Shown in pieces: positions 18,139 to 29,901 of a DNA stretch of 41,829 nucleotides (positions within the stretch are counted from its first letter, which is position 1; every line of letters starts with the position of its first letter). Origin of the DNA: Mycoplasmatota bacterium (GTDB taxonomy: Bacteria > Bacillota_I > Bacilli_A > RF39 > UBA660); the NCBI GenBank assembly GCA_022768045.1, contig JALEND010000069.1:1-41829 (forward strand), read 5' to 3'. Both the position numbers and the translations under genes were made by a program. The notes under the pieces were generated by a model that was not told the DNA's origin, did no database searches, and was given only the letters and a program-made list of their open reading frames with translations.

Positions 18139-19464
18139 TTAATCCTCCTTGCAATACTTTAATATTATATCATACTTTCCTTCTTTTGACCTATCATATT
18201 TAGTTTTCTTAAGCCCTGGTAACCAAACTATATTACCTAAACTGTCAACAACTACAGGATAAATCTCTCTTTTATATTTATCTATCTTTTCATCTATAAA
18301 TATATCCTTTAACTTTCTAGTTCCATCCATATTTAAAACACTAATTTTATCACCAGAAACCCTATTTCTTACGTATAATGGTAATTTTATAGAAGAAGAA
18401 TCAAGTAAAGTTATATAATTAGAATTATTTTCTACGTTATTTATCTTTTTAATTACATAATTATTAGGTAACTTTAAATAGTCATCAAACAAAAAGCAAT
18501 AACTATTATATTTATTATCTTTGTCGATATATATCAAATCATAAGACTTTATTATTTTTTTATTTAATGGTAAAGAAATGCAAGCATTTGATTTACCAGA
18601 AAAAATCAAATTAAATATTAATTCTGTATGGTTTTTATTTATTAATTTTATATTTTCTTTGTAAGTATTATACAAATATTTTTCAATCACTTTTTTTATA
18701 ATTAACCTATCCTCTTTTTTTAATAAATTAATATTTATCCTATTATTTTTAACAATACTTTGATAAGTTTTACACACTATATTATTTATATAATCATCAT
18801 ATTCTTTTAACATACAAGAAAACATTAAGAACTTTTCATGAACCTTAGCGTTTTCTTTCTTTAAAAATGGTAATATATTATTTCTAAATCTATTTCTCAT
18901 CTGATCATCGGAAAAATTAGTATTATCAATTGCATAAGGTATTTTTTTACTATCACATAAACTAATTATTTCATCTTTTGTAAGATATAAAAGAGGTCTT
19001 ATTAGTTTGTAATCTTTTCTATCACTAATTAATTGAATAGCCGAATATCCAGAAATACTAGATCCCCTAGTTAATCGCATCATGATAGTTTCTATTAAAT
19101 CATCACCATGATGTGCTGTAAAAAGATATTTTGAATGATATTTCTTAGTTATTTTACTAAAGAATTTATATCTAATATCTCTAGCTTCTTCCTCAGTAAA
19201 TTTATCATTCTTATACTTATTAATTTTCATAAATTCAAATATAATGTTATTTTCTTTGCAATATTTTTCTAGTTCTTCAGCTTCTCTATCACTTTCTACT
19301 CTATGATTATGATGTACATGACAACAAATTATTTTATTATTTTTAAATTTTAATTTTAATAAACTTAATAAAAACATAGAATCAGGACCATAAGAAACCG
19401 CAACTACCAATGGTTCTTCTTTCGAAATGTTTAACGAATCTAAGAATTTATATACATCTTTCAT
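18139..19464 (-). CDS. tilS: tRNA(Ile)-lysidine synthetase
   Basis: It has a PP-loop variant (VAVSYGPDS) and the TilS core and C-terminal domain (RNRVSGDKI). It lies immediately upstream of ftsH. Start placed at MKDVYK (19464), preceded by GGTGATTTT. Confidence 0.88.
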   Translation of the reverse strand: MKDVYKFLDSLNISKEEPLVVAVSYGPDSMFLLSLLKLKFKNNKIICCHVHHNHRVESDREAEELEKYCKENNIIFEFMKINKYKNDKFTEEEARDIRYKFFSKITKKYHSKYLFTAHHGDDLIETIMMRLTRGSSISGYSAIQLISDRKDYKLIRPLLYLTKDEIISLCDSKKIPYAIDNTNFSDDQMRNRFRNNILPFLKKENAKVHEKFLMFSCMLKEYDDYINNIVCKTYQSIVKNNRININLLKKEDRLIIKKVIEKYLYNTYKENIKLINKNHTELIFNLIFSGKSNACISLPLNKKIIKSYDLIYIDKDNKYNSYCFLFDDYLKLPNNYVIKKINNVENNSNYITLLDSSSIKLPLYVRNRVSGDKISVLNMDGTRKLKDIFIDEKIDKYKREIYPVVVDSLGNIVWLPGLKKTKYDRSKEGKYDIILKYCKED

Positions 19465-19570
19465 AAAATCACCTAACAAATATTGTAACATATATTTTCA
19501 AAAGTCTTTATAAAACTTATTAAATTTAATAAATATTAATTTATTGAACATAATAAAATTGGTGATTACT

Positions 19571-20515
19571 ATGAAAATAAGATTAGGCTATGTTTCTCTT
19601 GCTAAAACTTTAGATGATATTACAACGTCGCACACTATAACTTATACAAATTACGTAAAAAATAATTATACTGTGGATAAATTAATTAAAATAACTAATC
19701 TTAATCTAAATTCCCTAAAGGAAATATTAATATATAATGTTAAAAATAATTTTCATTTTTATAGAATAACATCTAAACTTGTACCTCTTGCAACACATAA
19801 AAATGTTAAATTCGACTATATTAAACCCATGCTTAAAAAATATGAAGAAATAGGTAATATAATAAATAAAAATAAATTAAGAGTAGATACACACCCGGAT
19901 CAGTTTACAGTGCTAAATAGTACAAATAAGGAAATAGTTAATAATACAATTAAAATTTTAAAATATCATTATAGTATTTTAAAAGCATTTAATATTAAAG
20001 ATAAAATAATTATTCTTCATGTAGGATCTAGTGTATTCGGAAAGGAAAACTCAATAAAAAGATTTATAAACAATTTTAATTTATTACCAAGTTATTTGAA
20101 AAATGCTATTGCATTAGAAAATGATGATAAAATATATAACATAAAAGATGTAATACAATTATGTGAAAAATGTGGTATACCAATGGTATTGGATTATCAT
20201 CATTATTTATGTAATAATAACGGTGAAAAAGTTGAAGATTATTTAAAAAGAATTTTTAATACTTGGAAAAACAAAACACCCAAAATACATTTTTCATCTC
20301 CTAAAAATAATTCAAAAAAGGATTTTAGAAGTCATAATGATTTTATAGATTCAAATAAATTCACTAACTTTTTAGAAATTTTAAAAAAAGAGAATAGAAA
20401 TGTTGATATTATGTTAGAAGCTAAGGCTAAAGACTATGCATTAACTAAGTTAGTAAGGGAATTAAAATATAAAACAAATTATAAATTTATAGATGATTCT
20501 ACTTTTATAATATAA
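19571..20515 (+). CDS. uvsE: UV damage endonuclease UvsE/UVDE
   Basis: MKIRLGYVS...FYRITSKLVPLATH...DTHPDQF...ILHVGS is typical of the UVDE TIM-barrel family. Start placed at 19571, with GGTGA 5 nt upstream. Confidence 0.85.
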   Translation: MKIRLGYVSLAKTLDDITTSHTITYTNYVKNNYTVDKLIKITNLNLNSLKEILIYNVKNNFHFYRITSKLVPLATHKNVKFDYIKPMLKKYEEIGNIINKNKLRVDTHPDQFTVLNSTNKEIVNNTIKILKYHYSILKAFNIKDKIIILHVGSSVFGKENSIKRFINNFNLLPSYLKNAIALENDDKIYNIKDVIQLCEKCGIPMVLDYHHYLCNNNGEKVEDYLKRIFNTWKNKTPKIHFSSPKNNSKKDFRSHNDFIDSNKFTNFLEILKKENRNVDIMLEAKAKDYALTKLVRELKYKTNYKFIDDSTFII

Positions 20516-20546
20516 AAAAAAGAAAGCTAAAAAAGCTTTCTTTTAA
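20514..20546. terminator. Bidirectional rho-independent terminator between convergent uvsE and rpoC
   Basis: AAAGAAAGC-TAAAAA-GCTTTCTTT is flanked by an A-run on one side and a T-run on the other. It overlaps both stop codons. Confidence 0.7.
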
Positions 20547-23500
20547 TCTGTTAATTGTTCCTCTAATACATCAAGTGCATCTTCTTCTATATTTTGACTT
20601 TCTAAGCTATATTTAACGTTAGAATAGAACTTAGAACCTGTACCAGCAGGTATTAATTTACCAATTATAACATTTTCTTTTAATCCTGTTAAATGGTCAA
20701 TCTTACCTTTTATTGATGCATCTGTTAATATTCTAGTTGTTTCTTGGAATGATGCTGCTGATAAGAATGAATCAGTTTCTAAAGAAGCTTTAGTAATACC
20801 AAGCATAATTGGTCTACCAGTAGCTGGTTTCTTACCTTCTATTATAGCTTGCTTATTAATTCTAGTAAACTCATGCATAGAAACTAATTTACCTGATACT
20901 AATTCAGTTTCTCCACCATCAACTATCTTAATACGAGCTATCATACGACGAGCAAGTACTTCTATATGTTTATCAGAAACATCAACTGCTTGTGATTTAT
21001 ATACTTTTTGTACTTCAGTTAAAATATAGTTTTGAGCAGTAATAGGATCTGTTACAGCAAGTAATTCTTTAGGATTAATAGAACCAACATTTAATTTATC
21101 TCCTGCTTTTACTTTTTGTCCTACTTCCACACATAACTTAACTCCGTAGTTAGTTGTATGTTCTCTTGTTTCAACATCATTTGTTATTTCAATCTTATAT
21201 TTTCCATTTACATCATCAATCTTAGTTATTTCACCATCAATTTCTGCAATTGTAGATCTTGCTTTTGGATTTCTAGCTTCAAATAATTCTTGTACACGAG
21301 GTAAACCTTGAGTTATATCTTCACCTGATGCTAATCCTCCAGTATGGAATGTACGCATTGTAAGCTGAGTACCTGGCTCACCAATTGATTGAGCAGCCAT
21401 TATACCAACAGCCTCACCAATCTCAACAACGTTACCAGTTGCTAAATTAGTACCATAACAATGTTTACAAATACCATTTTCAGTCTTACAAGTAAGAGCC
21501 GTTCTAATTTCTACCTCTTCAATTCCAGCCTTATCAATCTTATCTGCAATTTGTTCTGTAATTAATTGATTCTTATCTATAATTAATTCTTTAGTATTTG
21601 GATTAATAACTTTCTTATTAGTATATCTTCCTTGAATACGTTCATGAAGTGATTCAACAACTGTTCCAGCATTTTCATCCATTATAGCTTTAACAGTAAC
21701 ACCTTGAATAGTTCCACAATCTTCTTCACGTACGATAACATCTTGTACAACATCAACTAAACGTCTTGTTAAGTAACCAGAATCAGCTGTCTTAAGTGCA
21801 GTATCGGCATTACCTTTACGAGCACCATGAGTAGAAATAAAGAACTCTGATACTGATAATCCATCTATAAATGAAGATGTTACTGGAATTTCTACTGCTT
21901 CACCATTTGGTTTAGCTAGTAATCCACGCATTCCTGCTAACTGAGTAAATTGTGATAAGTTACCACGAGCTTTAGAGTTAATCATCATCATGATTGGATT
22001 TTCTGATGGAGCTTCTACTTTAGCTTTTAATTCAGCTTGAACTTGGTTAGTTGCATCGTTCCATACAGCACAAACCTTTTCATAACGTTCTCTATCAGTT
22101 ATTAAACCTCTTCTATATTGTTTATTTATAGTATCAACAATTTTTTGTGATTTTTCAACTATTTCGTCTTTCTTTTCACTTCTTTCAACGTCAGCGATTG
22201 AAATAGAAATACCTGACAATGTAGAATACTTAAATCCTAAATCTTTTAATTTATCTAGCATTATAGAAGTTTCTGTTGTTTTATAACGTTTATATATTTG
22301 AGCAATTATACTCTTTAATGCACTTTGTGGGAATGGTCTAGTTGGTTCCATCTTCTTTATTTCTTCAGGAATATTGCTTCCTTTTGGTAAGAAATACTTC
22401 ATTGGAGTTAGACCTTCATAGTTTTCATCTGATGGCTCATTAACATATTGGAATCCATCTGGTAGATTCTCATTAAATATTAATTTACCAACTGTAGTTA
22501 CTAAATACATATCTTTTTGTTCATCAGTGAACATTTTATATTTAATTGATTTAGTAGGTAATGCAATTCTTGTATGAAGAGTAATTTCTCTTCTCTCATA
22601 AGCACAAATAGCATCATTAGAATTCTTAAATACTCTACCTTCACCTTCTAAACCAACTTTTTCCATTGTTATATAATAGTTACCTAATACCATATCTTGT
22701 GATGGAGTAACAATTGGTTTTCCATCTTTTGGAGATAAGATATTATTTGAACTTAACATTAATATTCTAGCTTCTGCTTGAGCAGCTTCTGATAAAGGTA
22801 CGTGAACAGCCATTTGGTCACCATCAAAGTCTGCGTTAAATCCTGCACAAACTAATGGGTGTAATCTAATAGCTTTACCACTAACTAATTTAGGTTCAAA
22901 TGCTTGAATACCTAATCTATGAAGTGTTGGAGCACGGTTTAACATTACTGGATGTTCTTTAATAACATCTTCTACTATATCCCAAACTCTTTCCTCTCTA
23001 TTATCAATTAACTTTTTAGCAGATTTAATATTATGAACTATATCTCTTTCTACTAAACCATGAATTACATGTGGTTTAAATAACTCTAGAGCCATTTCTT
23101 TTGGTATACCACATTGATACATCTTAAGAGTTGGACCAACAGCTATAACAGAACGTCCTGAATAGTCAACACGTTTACCAAGTAAGTTTTGACGGAAACG
23201 TCCTTGTTTACCTTTTAACATACTAGATAATGATTTTAAAGGTCTGTTAGATGGACCAGTAACATTTCTACCACGTCTACCATTATCAAATAATGCATCA
23301 ACAGCTTCTTGTAACATTCTTTTTTCATTTTGAACGATTATTGAAGGAGCATTAAGTTCTAGTAATTTTTTCAAACGATTATTACGATTTATTACACGTC
23401 TATATAAATCATTTAAATCACTAGTAGCAAAACGTCCACCATCTAATTGAATCATTGGTCTTAAATCTGGAGGTAAAACTGGTAATGCAGTTAATATCAT

Positions 23501-24172
23501 CCACTCTGGTTTATTTCCAGACTTATGAAATGAATCTAATATATCTAATCTCTTTAATAAACGTACTCTTTTTTGTTCTTGAGTATTCTCTAATTCTTTT
23601 TCTATTTTTTGTATTTCTTCTTCTACATTAATCTCTTTTAATAATTTTAATATAGCTTCTGCACCCATACCTACTTCAAATGTATTTCCATATTTTTCAT
23701 AGTAAGCACGGTATTCTTTATCAGATAAAGTTTGTTTTTTTTCTAAAGGTGCAGCTCCTGGATTAATTACTACATAAGATACAAAGTATAAAACCTCTTC
23801 TAAGTCTCTTGGAGACATATCTAAAACTAATCCCATTCTACTTGGAACACCTTTAAAGAACCATATATGAGAGACTGGTGTTGCAAGCTCTATATGTCCC
23901 ATACGTTCACGACGTACCTTAGATTTTGTTACTTCAACACCACATCTATCACATGTAATATTTTTATATCTTAATCTTTTGTACTTTCCACATGCACATT
24001 CATAATCCTTCTTTGGACCGAATATTTTTTCACAGTATAAACCATCTCTTTCTGGTTTTAAAGTACGATAGTTTATTGTTTCTGGTTTCTTTACTTCTCC
24101 ATAAGACCATTCTCTTATTTGTTCGGGTGAAGCTATAGATATTTTAATTCCTTCAAATCTATTTGCATCCAT
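20543..24172 (-). CDS. rpoC: DNA-directed RNA polymerase subunit beta'
   Basis: 1209 aa. It has the zinc-binding CxCxxxxxxxxxxxxCxxC region and the catalytic NADFDGD motif. Its ATG forms a TAATG overlap with the rpoB stop. Confidence 0.98.
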   Translation of the reverse strand: MDANRFEGIKISIASPEQIREWSYGEVKKPETINYRTLKPERDGLYCEKIFGPKKDYECACGKYKRLRYKNITCDRCGVEVTKSKVRRERMGHIELATPVSHIWFFKGVPSRMGLVLDMSPRDLEEVLYFVSYVVINPGAAPLEKKQTLSDKEYRAYYEKYGNTFEVGMGAEAILKLLKEINVEEEIQKIEKELENTQEQKRVRLLKRLDILDSFHKSGNKPEWMILTALPVLPPDLRPMIQLDGGRFATSDLNDLYRRVINRNNRLKKLLELNAPSIIVQNEKRMLQEAVDALFDNGRRGRNVTGPSNRPLKSLSSMLKGKQGRFRQNLLGKRVDYSGRSVIAVGPTLKMYQCGIPKEMALELFKPHVIHGLVERDIVHNIKSAKKLIDNREERVWDIVEDVIKEHPVMLNRAPTLHRLGIQAFEPKLVSGKAIRLHPLVCAGFNADFDGDQMAVHVPLSEAAQAEARILMLSSNNILSPKDGKPIVTPSQDMVLGNYYITMEKVGLEGEGRVFKNSNDAICAYERREITLHTRIALPTKSIKYKMFTDEQKDMYLVTTVGKLIFNENLPDGFQYVNEPSDENYEGLTPMKYFLPKGSNIPEEIKKMEPTRPFPQSALKSIIAQIYKRYKTTETSIMLDKLKDLGFKYSTLSGISISIADVERSEKKDEIVEKSQKIVDTINKQYRRGLITDRERYEKVCAVWNDATNQVQAELKAKVEAPSENPIMMMINSKARGNLSQFTQLAGMRGLLAKPNGEAVEIPVTSSFIDGLSVSEFFISTHGARKGNADTALKTADSGYLTRRLVDVVQDVIVREEDCGTIQGVTVKAIMDENAGTVVESLHERIQGRYTNKKVINPNTKELIIDKNQLITEQIADKIDKAGIEEVEIRTALTCKTENGICKHCYGTNLATGNVVEIGEAVGIMAAQSIGEPGTQLTMRTFHTGGLASGEDITQGLPRVQELFEARNPKARSTIAEIDGEITKIDDVNGKYKIEITNDVETREHTTNYGVKLCVEVGQKVKAGDKLNVGSINPKELLAVTDPITAQNYILTEVQKVYKSQAVDVSDKHIEVLARRMIARIKIVDGGETELVSGKLVSMHEFTRINKQAIIEGKKPATGRPIMLGITKASLETDSFLSAASFQETTRILTDASIKGKIDHLTGLKENVIIGKLIPAGTGSKFYSNVKYSLESQNIEEDALDVLEEQLTD

Positions 24173-27100
24173 TATTCTTCACTCCCTTCTAAAGTAGAAT
24201 CATCTAACTCATCTAATTGATCTTCTATTTCAGCTTCGAAATCATCTTCTTCATCAGAATCATCATTGTCTTCTTCATTTTCTTCATCAGTAATTGTACT
24301 TGCTGGTTTTTCTTCAGTTTTTACCATTGATACATTATCTATTTCTTCTATAGATAATGGAGTTGAATCATTATCTTCCTCTTCTTCAAGAGTTTTGATT
24401 GCAACTTCTTTACCTTCATCATTTATCATTGCAATATTTAAACCTAAAGCTTGGAACTCTTTTATTAATACTCTAAAGCTTTCTGGGATACCAGCTTGAT
24501 CTACAGGTTTTCCTTTTACTATAGATTCATATACTTTAACACGTCCCATAACATCATCTGATTTAACAGTCATCATTTCTTGTAAAACGTTAGCAGCACC
24601 ATATGCATATAATGCCCAAACTTCCATTTCACCAAATCTTTGACCACCAAATTGTGCCTTACCACCTAATGGTTGTTGTGTAACTAATGAGTAAGGTCCT
24701 GTTGCACGAGCATGTAACTTATCATCTACCATGTGATCTAGTTTAATCATATACATAACACCAACAGCTACTCTGTTTTCAAATGGTTCACCTGTTTTAC
24801 CATTATATAAAACAGTCTTTCCATCTTCTGCCATACCTGATTCTACCATCATATCTTGAATATCTTGCCAAGTAGCTCCATCAAATACTGGTGTTGCAGT
24901 ATGTACGCCTAATCTTTTTGCAGCCATACCTAAATGCATTTCTAAAATTTGTCCAGGATTCATACGAGATGGAACACCTAGTGGATTAAGTAAGATATCT
25001 ACCGGAGTACCATCTGGTAAATATGGCATATCTTCTTGAGGAGCAACTAACGAAATAACACCTTTATTTCCATGACGTCCAGCCATCTTATCTCCTACTT
25101 GAATCTTACGCTTTTGAATTATATAAACACGAATTTCTTTAGAAACACCACTTGGTAATTCATCAGAATCCTTTTTAGTATATATTTTAATATCATGAAC
25201 AATACCTGCAGCTCCATGAGGAACTCTTAAAGAAGTATCTCTAACTTCACGAGTTTTTTCACCAAAAATAGCATGTAATAATTTTTCTTCTGAAGTTAAC
25301 TCTACCATTCCTTTTGGAGTTACTTTTCCAACTAAGATATCGCCTTCTTTTACCTCAGTACCAATTTTAATAATTCCATTAGCATCTAAGTTCTTACGAG
25401 CTTCTTCACTAACATTTGGAATATCACGAGTAATTTCTTCAGGACCTAACTTAGTATCACGACATTGAATCTCATAATCTTCAACATATAATGAAGTTAA
25501 TACATCGTCTTTTACCATTCTTTCATTAAGTATAACAGCATCCTCATAGTTATATCCATTATAAGTCATAAATGCAACTGTTAAGTTCTTACCTAATGCA
25601 ACTTCTCCATGATCTGTAGATGGTCCATCAGCTATTGTTTGACCTCTATTTACCTTATCACCAATTCTTACGATAGGGATTTGATGATAACAAGTACCAG
25701 CATTTGATCCTTCAAAATTCTTTAATGTATATATATCTTTTGAATTCTTAGTCTTAATAACAATCTTCTTACCATCAACGTATTCAACAACACCTTCTGA
25801 TTTTGATAAAACAGATACACCACTGTCTTTAGCAGCTTGAGCTTCAACACCTGTTGCAACTAATGGAGCTTCTGCTCTTAATAAAGGTAATGCTTGACGT
25901 TGCATGTTAGATCCCATTAATGCACGGTGAGCATCATCGTGGTCTAGGAAAGGAATACAACTTGTAGTAACAGATACGATTTGTTGTGGAGCTACGTCTA
26001 TATAGTCTATTTCCTTTGGTGATGCTAATATGTTTTCACCATTTTGTCTTGCAGGACAATGTTCTTGAACAATAGTATCTCCATCCATATCTATCTTAGC
26101 TTGAGCTATAATATGTCCATTTTCTTCATCTGCAGTTAAATAATCTATTTGATCTTGTAACTTACCATCTTTAACTCTTCTATATGGAGTCATTATAAAT
26201 CCATATTCATTAATTTTAGCATAATTTGCAAGTGAAGTAATAAGACCGATATTAGCACCTTCTGGAGATTCAATAGGACAAATTCTACCATAGTGAGATA
26301 CGTTAACGTCACGTACTTCCATAGCAGCTCTATCTCTAGATAATCCACCTGGTCCTAAAGCTGATAAACGACGTTTATTATTTAATTCTGATAATGGATT
26401 TATCTGATCCATAAATTGTGATAATGGACTTGATCCAAAGAATTCTTTTATAACAGCTGTTATAGGTCTAATATTAATAAGAGTTTTTGGTGTAGCAGTT
26501 TCTACGTCTAAAGTAGTCATTCTTTCACGAATAACTCTTTCCATACGAGCAACACCTACTCTAAATTGATTTTGTAATAATTCACCAACTTGTCTTAAAC
26601 GACGATTAGATAAATGATCTATTTCATCTATTGATCCTACGTTTTGTAATAAGTTTAAGTAATAAGATACTGATGCATAAATGTCAGAAATTGTTAAAAT
26701 TTTAACATCTAATGATTGATCATTACCAATTACCTTAATAACTTTTTCAGGATTTAATGGTGAGTAAATGCTTACAACTTGTACCTTAGTATGATCATCT
26801 AACTCTTTATTTAAAGTTGCATCTATTACACCATAACCATTATCTAATATTGGTTTTAATTGTTTCATTACTTCATTTGTAACTTTTGTACCTTTTTTTA
26901 TAACAACTTGTCCATCTACTTCAATATCTTCAGCTAATGTTTGATTTAATAAACGTTCTGCAACATTTAATTTTTTATTAAATTTATAACGACCTACTTT
27001 AGCTAAATCATATCTAAAGTTATCAAAGAATCTAGTTATTAATTGGTTCTTTGCACTATCTAATGTAGCAGGCTCACCTGGTTTTAACTTTTCATATATT

Positions 27101-27804
27101 TCAATTAAAGCTTCATCCATGTTTCTTGTAGAATCTTTAGATAAAGTATTAATTAAATATTCATCTTGACCATATAAGTTAAGAATTTCTTCATCAGTTG
27201 ATAAACCAAACGCTCTTAAGAAAGCAGTTATAACAACTTTTCTATTACGATCAATTCTAACATCAATAACATCTTTACTATTTAATTTAAATTCTAACCA
27301 TGTACCTCTTGTAGGTATGATTTGTGAAGATATAATAGATCTACCATTTTTATCTATTTCTCTTCCATAATATACGCTTGGAGAACGTACTAATTGTGAT
27401 ACAATAACACGTTCTGAACCGTTAAATATAAATGATCCAGAATCAGTCATTAAAGGCATATCACCTAAAAATATTTCTTGCTCTTTAACTTCTCCAGTTT
27501 CATTGTTAAAAAGACGTGTTTGAACCTTTAAAGGTGCAGCATATGTAGTTTTCTTTTCCTTGCACTCTTTAATAGTATATCTAGGTTCATCAATACAATA
27601 ATCTCCAAATTCAAGTTGCATTGTACCAGAAAAATTACTTACTGGACTAATTTCCTCTAATACTTCCTTAATACCTTCTTGAATAAACCAATCATAGGGT
27701 TTTAATTGTATTTCTAATAAATCACTTAATTCTAATGATTTATTAACTTTTGAGAAATCTCTTCTCTCGCGATATTCATTCATTTTTCTTATTTTATAAG
27801 CCAT
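24172..27804 (-). CDS. rpoB: DNA-directed RNA polymerase subunit beta
   Basis: 1210 aa. It has the rifampicin cluster I region [34 protein letters not shown] and conserved beta motifs throughout, plus an acidic C-terminal tail. Confidence 0.98.
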   Translation of the reverse strand: MAYKIRKMNEYRERRDFSKVNKSLELSDLLEIQLKPYDWFIQEGIKEVLEEISPVSNFSGTMQLEFGDYCIDEPRYTIKECKEKKTTYAAPLKVQTRLFNNETGEVKEQEIFLGDMPLMTDSGSFIFNGSERVIVSQLVRSPSVYYGREIDKNGRSIISSQIIPTRGTWLEFKLNSKDVIDVRIDRNRKVVITAFLRAFGLSTDEEILNLYGQDEYLINTLSKDSTRNMDEALIEIYEKLKPGEPATLDSAKNQLITRFFDNFRYDLAKVGRYKFNKKLNVAERLLNQTLAEDIEVDGQVVIKKGTKVTNEVMKQLKPILDNGYGVIDATLNKELDDHTKVQVVSIYSPLNPEKVIKVIGNDQSLDVKILTISDIYASVSYYLNLLQNVGSIDEIDHLSNRRLRQVGELLQNQFRVGVARMERVIRERMTTLDVETATPKTLINIRPITAVIKEFFGSSPLSQFMDQINPLSELNNKRRLSALGPGGLSRDRAAMEVRDVNVSHYGRICPIESPEGANIGLITSLANYAKINEYGFIMTPYRRVKDGKLQDQIDYLTADEENGHIIAQAKIDMDGDTIVQEHCPARQNGENILASPKEIDYIDVAPQQIVSVTTSCIPFLDHDDAHRALMGSNMQRQALPLLRAEAPLVATGVEAQAAKDSGVSVLSKSEGVVEYVDGKKIVIKTKNSKDIYTLKNFEGSNAGTCYHQIPIVRIGDKVNRGQTIADGPSTDHGEVALGKNLTVAFMTYNGYNYEDAVILNERMVKDDVLTSLYVEDYEIQCRDTKLGPEEITRDIPNVSEEARKNLDANGIIKIGTEVKEGDILVGKVTPKGMVELTSEEKLLHAIFGEKTREVRDTSLRVPHGAAGIVHDIKIYTKKDSDELPSGVSKEIRVYIIQKRKIQVGDKMAGRHGNKGVISLVAPQEDMPYLPDGTPVDILLNPLGVPSRMNPGQILEMHLGMAAKRLGVHTATPVFDGATWQDIQDMMVESGMAEDGKTVLYNGKTGEPFENRVAVGVMYMIKLDHMVDDKLHARATGPYSLVTQQPLGGKAQFGGQRFGEMEVWALYAYGAANVLQEMMTVKSDDVMGRVKVYESIVKGKPVDQAGIPESFRVLIKEFQALGLNIAMINDEGKEVAIKTLEEEEDNDSTPLSIEEIDNVSMVKTEEKPASTITDEENEEDNDDSDEEDDFEAEIEDQLDELDDSTLEGSEE

Positions 27805-27874
27805 GTGAATCCACCCCTAAACAAAAAATTTTTAAAGAACATGTCCAAAATTAAAGACACAGTACCAATTTAAA

Positions 27875-27903
27875 ATATTACAGTAAAAATCTACCATTGT
27901 CAA
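27875..27903 (-). promoter_or_regulatory. Near-consensus sigma-A promoter for rpoB-rpoC
   Basis: The minus strand reads TTGACA (27903-27898), a 17-nt spacer, then TAATAT (27880-27875). It sits about 70 nt upstream of the rpoB ATG. Confidence 0.65.
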
Positions 27904-27921
27904 TAAATTTTACAAAAAAAG

Positions 27922-27950
27922 TAAAAAAAATCGTGAATAACTTCACGATT
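27922..27950 (-). terminator. Rho-independent terminator of the 106-aa gene
   Basis: The minus strand reads AATCGTGAA-GTTA-TTCACGATT followed by TTTTTTTT, starting 5 nt after the stop codon. Confidence 0.7.
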
Positions 27951-27954
27951 TATA

Positions 27955-28275
27955 TTAATTATGTTTTTTAAAGCCTACTACCCTTGCATTAACTTCTTCA
28001 TTAAACCCATCATATTCATCAGTTACATATTCATATGAACAATCTACCAAAGCATTATCAACAGTATTATTTAAACTTGCTGATATATATAAGTCTTTAT
28101 CAGAATAAAGTACGCTAGACCAAAAATCTAAATTTTTTACTTTTTTATTATCAATTTTTTTTGCACTTTGTAAGAAATTTTTATACATATTATTTATTTC
28201 ATCATTAACTTTATTATTGATATAATTTCCTGAAATATAATTATGCATAAATCTTTCCATGTTTGTTTTTTCCAT
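27955..28275 (-). CDS. Orphan 106-aa cytoplasmic protein
   Basis: It has an RBS (AAGGGGGA) 5 nt from the ATG, its own promoter and its own terminator. I recognise no family. Confidence 0.55.
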   Translation of the reverse strand: MEKTNMERFMHNYISGNYINNKVNDEINNMYKNFLQSAKKIDNKKVKNLDFWSSVLYSDKDLYISASLNNTVDNALVDCSYEYVTDEYDGFNEEVNARVVGFKKHN

Positions 28276-28305
28276 AATTTCCCCCTTAAAACTTATTTAA
28301 ATGGT

Positions 28306-28333
28306 ATTATAACTATTTTTAAAATTTTGTCAA
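28306..28333 (-). promoter_or_regulatory. Sigma-A promoter for the 106-aa gene
   Basis: The minus strand reads TTGACA (28333-28328), a 16-nt spacer, then TATAAT (28311-28306). Confidence 0.6.
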
Positions 28334-28335
28334 TA

Positions 28336-28920
28336 CTAACTAGCCTTTACTATATAAAAACCTTTTTTCTTTTTTACTACACATACATTGTTATAAATCA
28401 CTTTCATATCTTTTATAATAGAATCAGCACCCTGTTTTTTTCTTACAACTATCCATAACTCACCATCAGAAGTAAGATAATCTTTTGCATTCATTACTAT
28501 TTCATATAACTTAGTTTTACCAACTCTAATTGGTGGATTTGATATTATGTAATTATATTTATTATTAATATTTTGATAAGCATCTGATATAAAAACTTGT
28601 GCATTTAATTTCTGCTCTAAAACAGCATTTCTTGATAAATTAACCGCTCTTTCATTCACATCAGACATATCCACAGCAAAACCTAATTTTGAAGTATATA
28701 TTCCAATAGGTCCACAACCACAACCAATGTCAAGAACACGTTTTTCCTGTGCAAAACTATAATCAAACGTCTTTAATAATAATTCTGTTCCAAAATCTAG
28801 CTCTCCTTTAGAAAATACACCATTATCAGTATAAAAATAAAAATTAACATCATTAATAGTTGCATTTACTCTTTTAATATCAGATTTTAAATTTTCATCA
28901 TTTGTAAAATAATGTGCCAT
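28336..28920 (-). CDS. Class I SAM-dependent methyltransferase, small RsmC/YbxB-like
   Basis: It has a SAM motif (VLDIGCGCGPIG) and an NPPIRVGK motif. The position between rplL and rpoB matches B. subtilis ybxB. Confidence 0.8.
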   Translation of the reverse strand: MAHYFTNDENLKSDIKRVNATINDVNFYFYTDNGVFSKGELDFGTELLLKTFDYSFAQEKRVLDIGCGCGPIGIYTSKLGFAVDMSDVNERAVNLSRNAVLEQKLNAQVFISDAYQNINNKYNYIISNPPIRVGKTKLYEIVMNAKDYLTSDGELWIVVRKKQGADSIIKDMKVIYNNVCVVKKKKGFYIVKAS

Positions 28921-29000
28921 AATATCACCTCTTTTAATTTAGTTCTATTGTTAACTTTAATTTAAGCATTTATCTATTAAGCTAATTATAACATAACAAA

Positions 29001-29030
29001 GAAAAAATTGAAAAAGTATTATTTTCAATT
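29001..29030 (-). terminator. Weak AT-rich terminator of the 259-aa gene
   Basis: The minus strand reads AATTGAAAA-TAATACT-TTTTCAATT followed by TTTTTC. It overlaps the stop codon and has only one G:C pair. Confidence 0.4.
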
Positions 29031-29804
29031 CTTTTTTATAAATGCTCTTGGTTTAGGTAATCCAGGGATTATTGGAACAACTTCATAATCTTTATACATT
29101 CTCATAAACTCGCCTTTTAAATCATCATTATTATATTTATTTAAAAATAGTTTATTAAAATGAGAAACTATGGTTTTATCGGTTAAATTTACTAATGCCA
29201 TAGCGTTTGAAACATTTGGAATTCCTGTTTTTAAAAAATCCAATCCAGTACATAAGCTATACCATCTTAATAGCAGTTGCATTAAATCCGCATTTCTTGT
29301 GTATAATCCCTTTGTATAATATTTTTTTGTTCTAAACGGTGGTGCAAGCAAATAAGCACTTAGTGAACTTGCTGGAATATTATCCACTTGATAACCATCA
29401 TAATCAATTATAAAAGGTTTATGTGTTATAGGATCATATCTTAAATTGCCCTGTGATACAAAATCAGTAAAAATCAATCCCCTGTCATTACCTTGTTTAA
29501 TTAAATTTTGTAAGTTTTCCATAACTAAAGCTATTGTTTTTAAATCATAAACTGTATGATTTAGTGAAACATAAAAGTTAGGTTTATCAATATATGGCGT
29601 GATTATTTCATTAACTTTACCATTTACCTTAGTATAATCAGTTGGTATAACAATTCCCTCAATATCAGAAAACTTATCCTTAACTTCTAATTTCGCTAAT
29701 AATATTTTATTTGCTTCATCACTTAAATTCTTATATTTTTTTATTACAAAGTTTCCATCTTTAATAACTTTTACTCTTGAATTTTCTTTTAATAAATTAG
29801 ACAT
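29025..29804 (-). CDS. Orphan 259-aa protein with protein-kinase-like motif spacing
   Basis: It has an RBS (AAGGAGA), its own promoter and a weak terminator. Candidate motifs are a beta3 Lys (FVIKKYK), a catalytic-loop-like FTDFVSQGNL and a DFG-like IIDYDG 14 residues after the Asn. Confidence 0.65.
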   Translation of the reverse strand: MSNLLKENSRVKVIKDGNFVIKKYKNLSDEANKILLAKLEVKDKFSDIEGIVIPTDYTKVNGKVNEIITPYIDKPNFYVSLNHTVYDLKTIALVMENLQNLIKQGNDRGLIFTDFVSQGNLRYDPITHKPFIIDYDGYQVDNIPASSLSAYLLAPPFRTKKYYTKGLYTRNADLMQLLLRWYSLCTGLDFLKTGIPNVSNAMALVNLTDKTIVSHFNKLFLNKYNNDDLKGEFMRMYKDYEVVPIIPGLPKPRAFIKKN

Positions 29805-29834
29805 ATTATCTCCTTTTTCACTAGAATGTGCATT

Positions 29835-29863
29835 ATCATAGCAATTTCAATTAATACTGTCAA
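29835..29863 (-). promoter_or_regulatory. Sigma-A promoter for the 259-aa gene
   Basis: The minus strand reads TTGACA (29863-29858), a 17-nt spacer ending in TGC (extended -10), then TATGAT (29840-29835). Confidence 0.6.
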
Positions 29864-29873
29864 ATTATATCCA

Positions 29874-29901
29874 TCAAAAAAAGAACTACAAATTGTAGTC
29901 C
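29874..29901 (-). terminator. Rho-independent terminator after rplL
   Basis: The minus strand reads GGACTACA-ATT-TGTAGTTC followed by TTTTTTTG. Confidence 0.7.

Noticed and set aside
24266-24499. 77-aa plus-strand ORF
   Set aside because: It is antisense to the acidic C-terminus of rpoB, and its Ser-rich product mirrors the GAA/GAT codons.
28243-28458. 71-aa plus-strand ORF spanning the 106-aa gene start and the methyltransferase end
   Set aside because: It runs across a promoter region and two better-supported minus-strand genes, and has no RBS.
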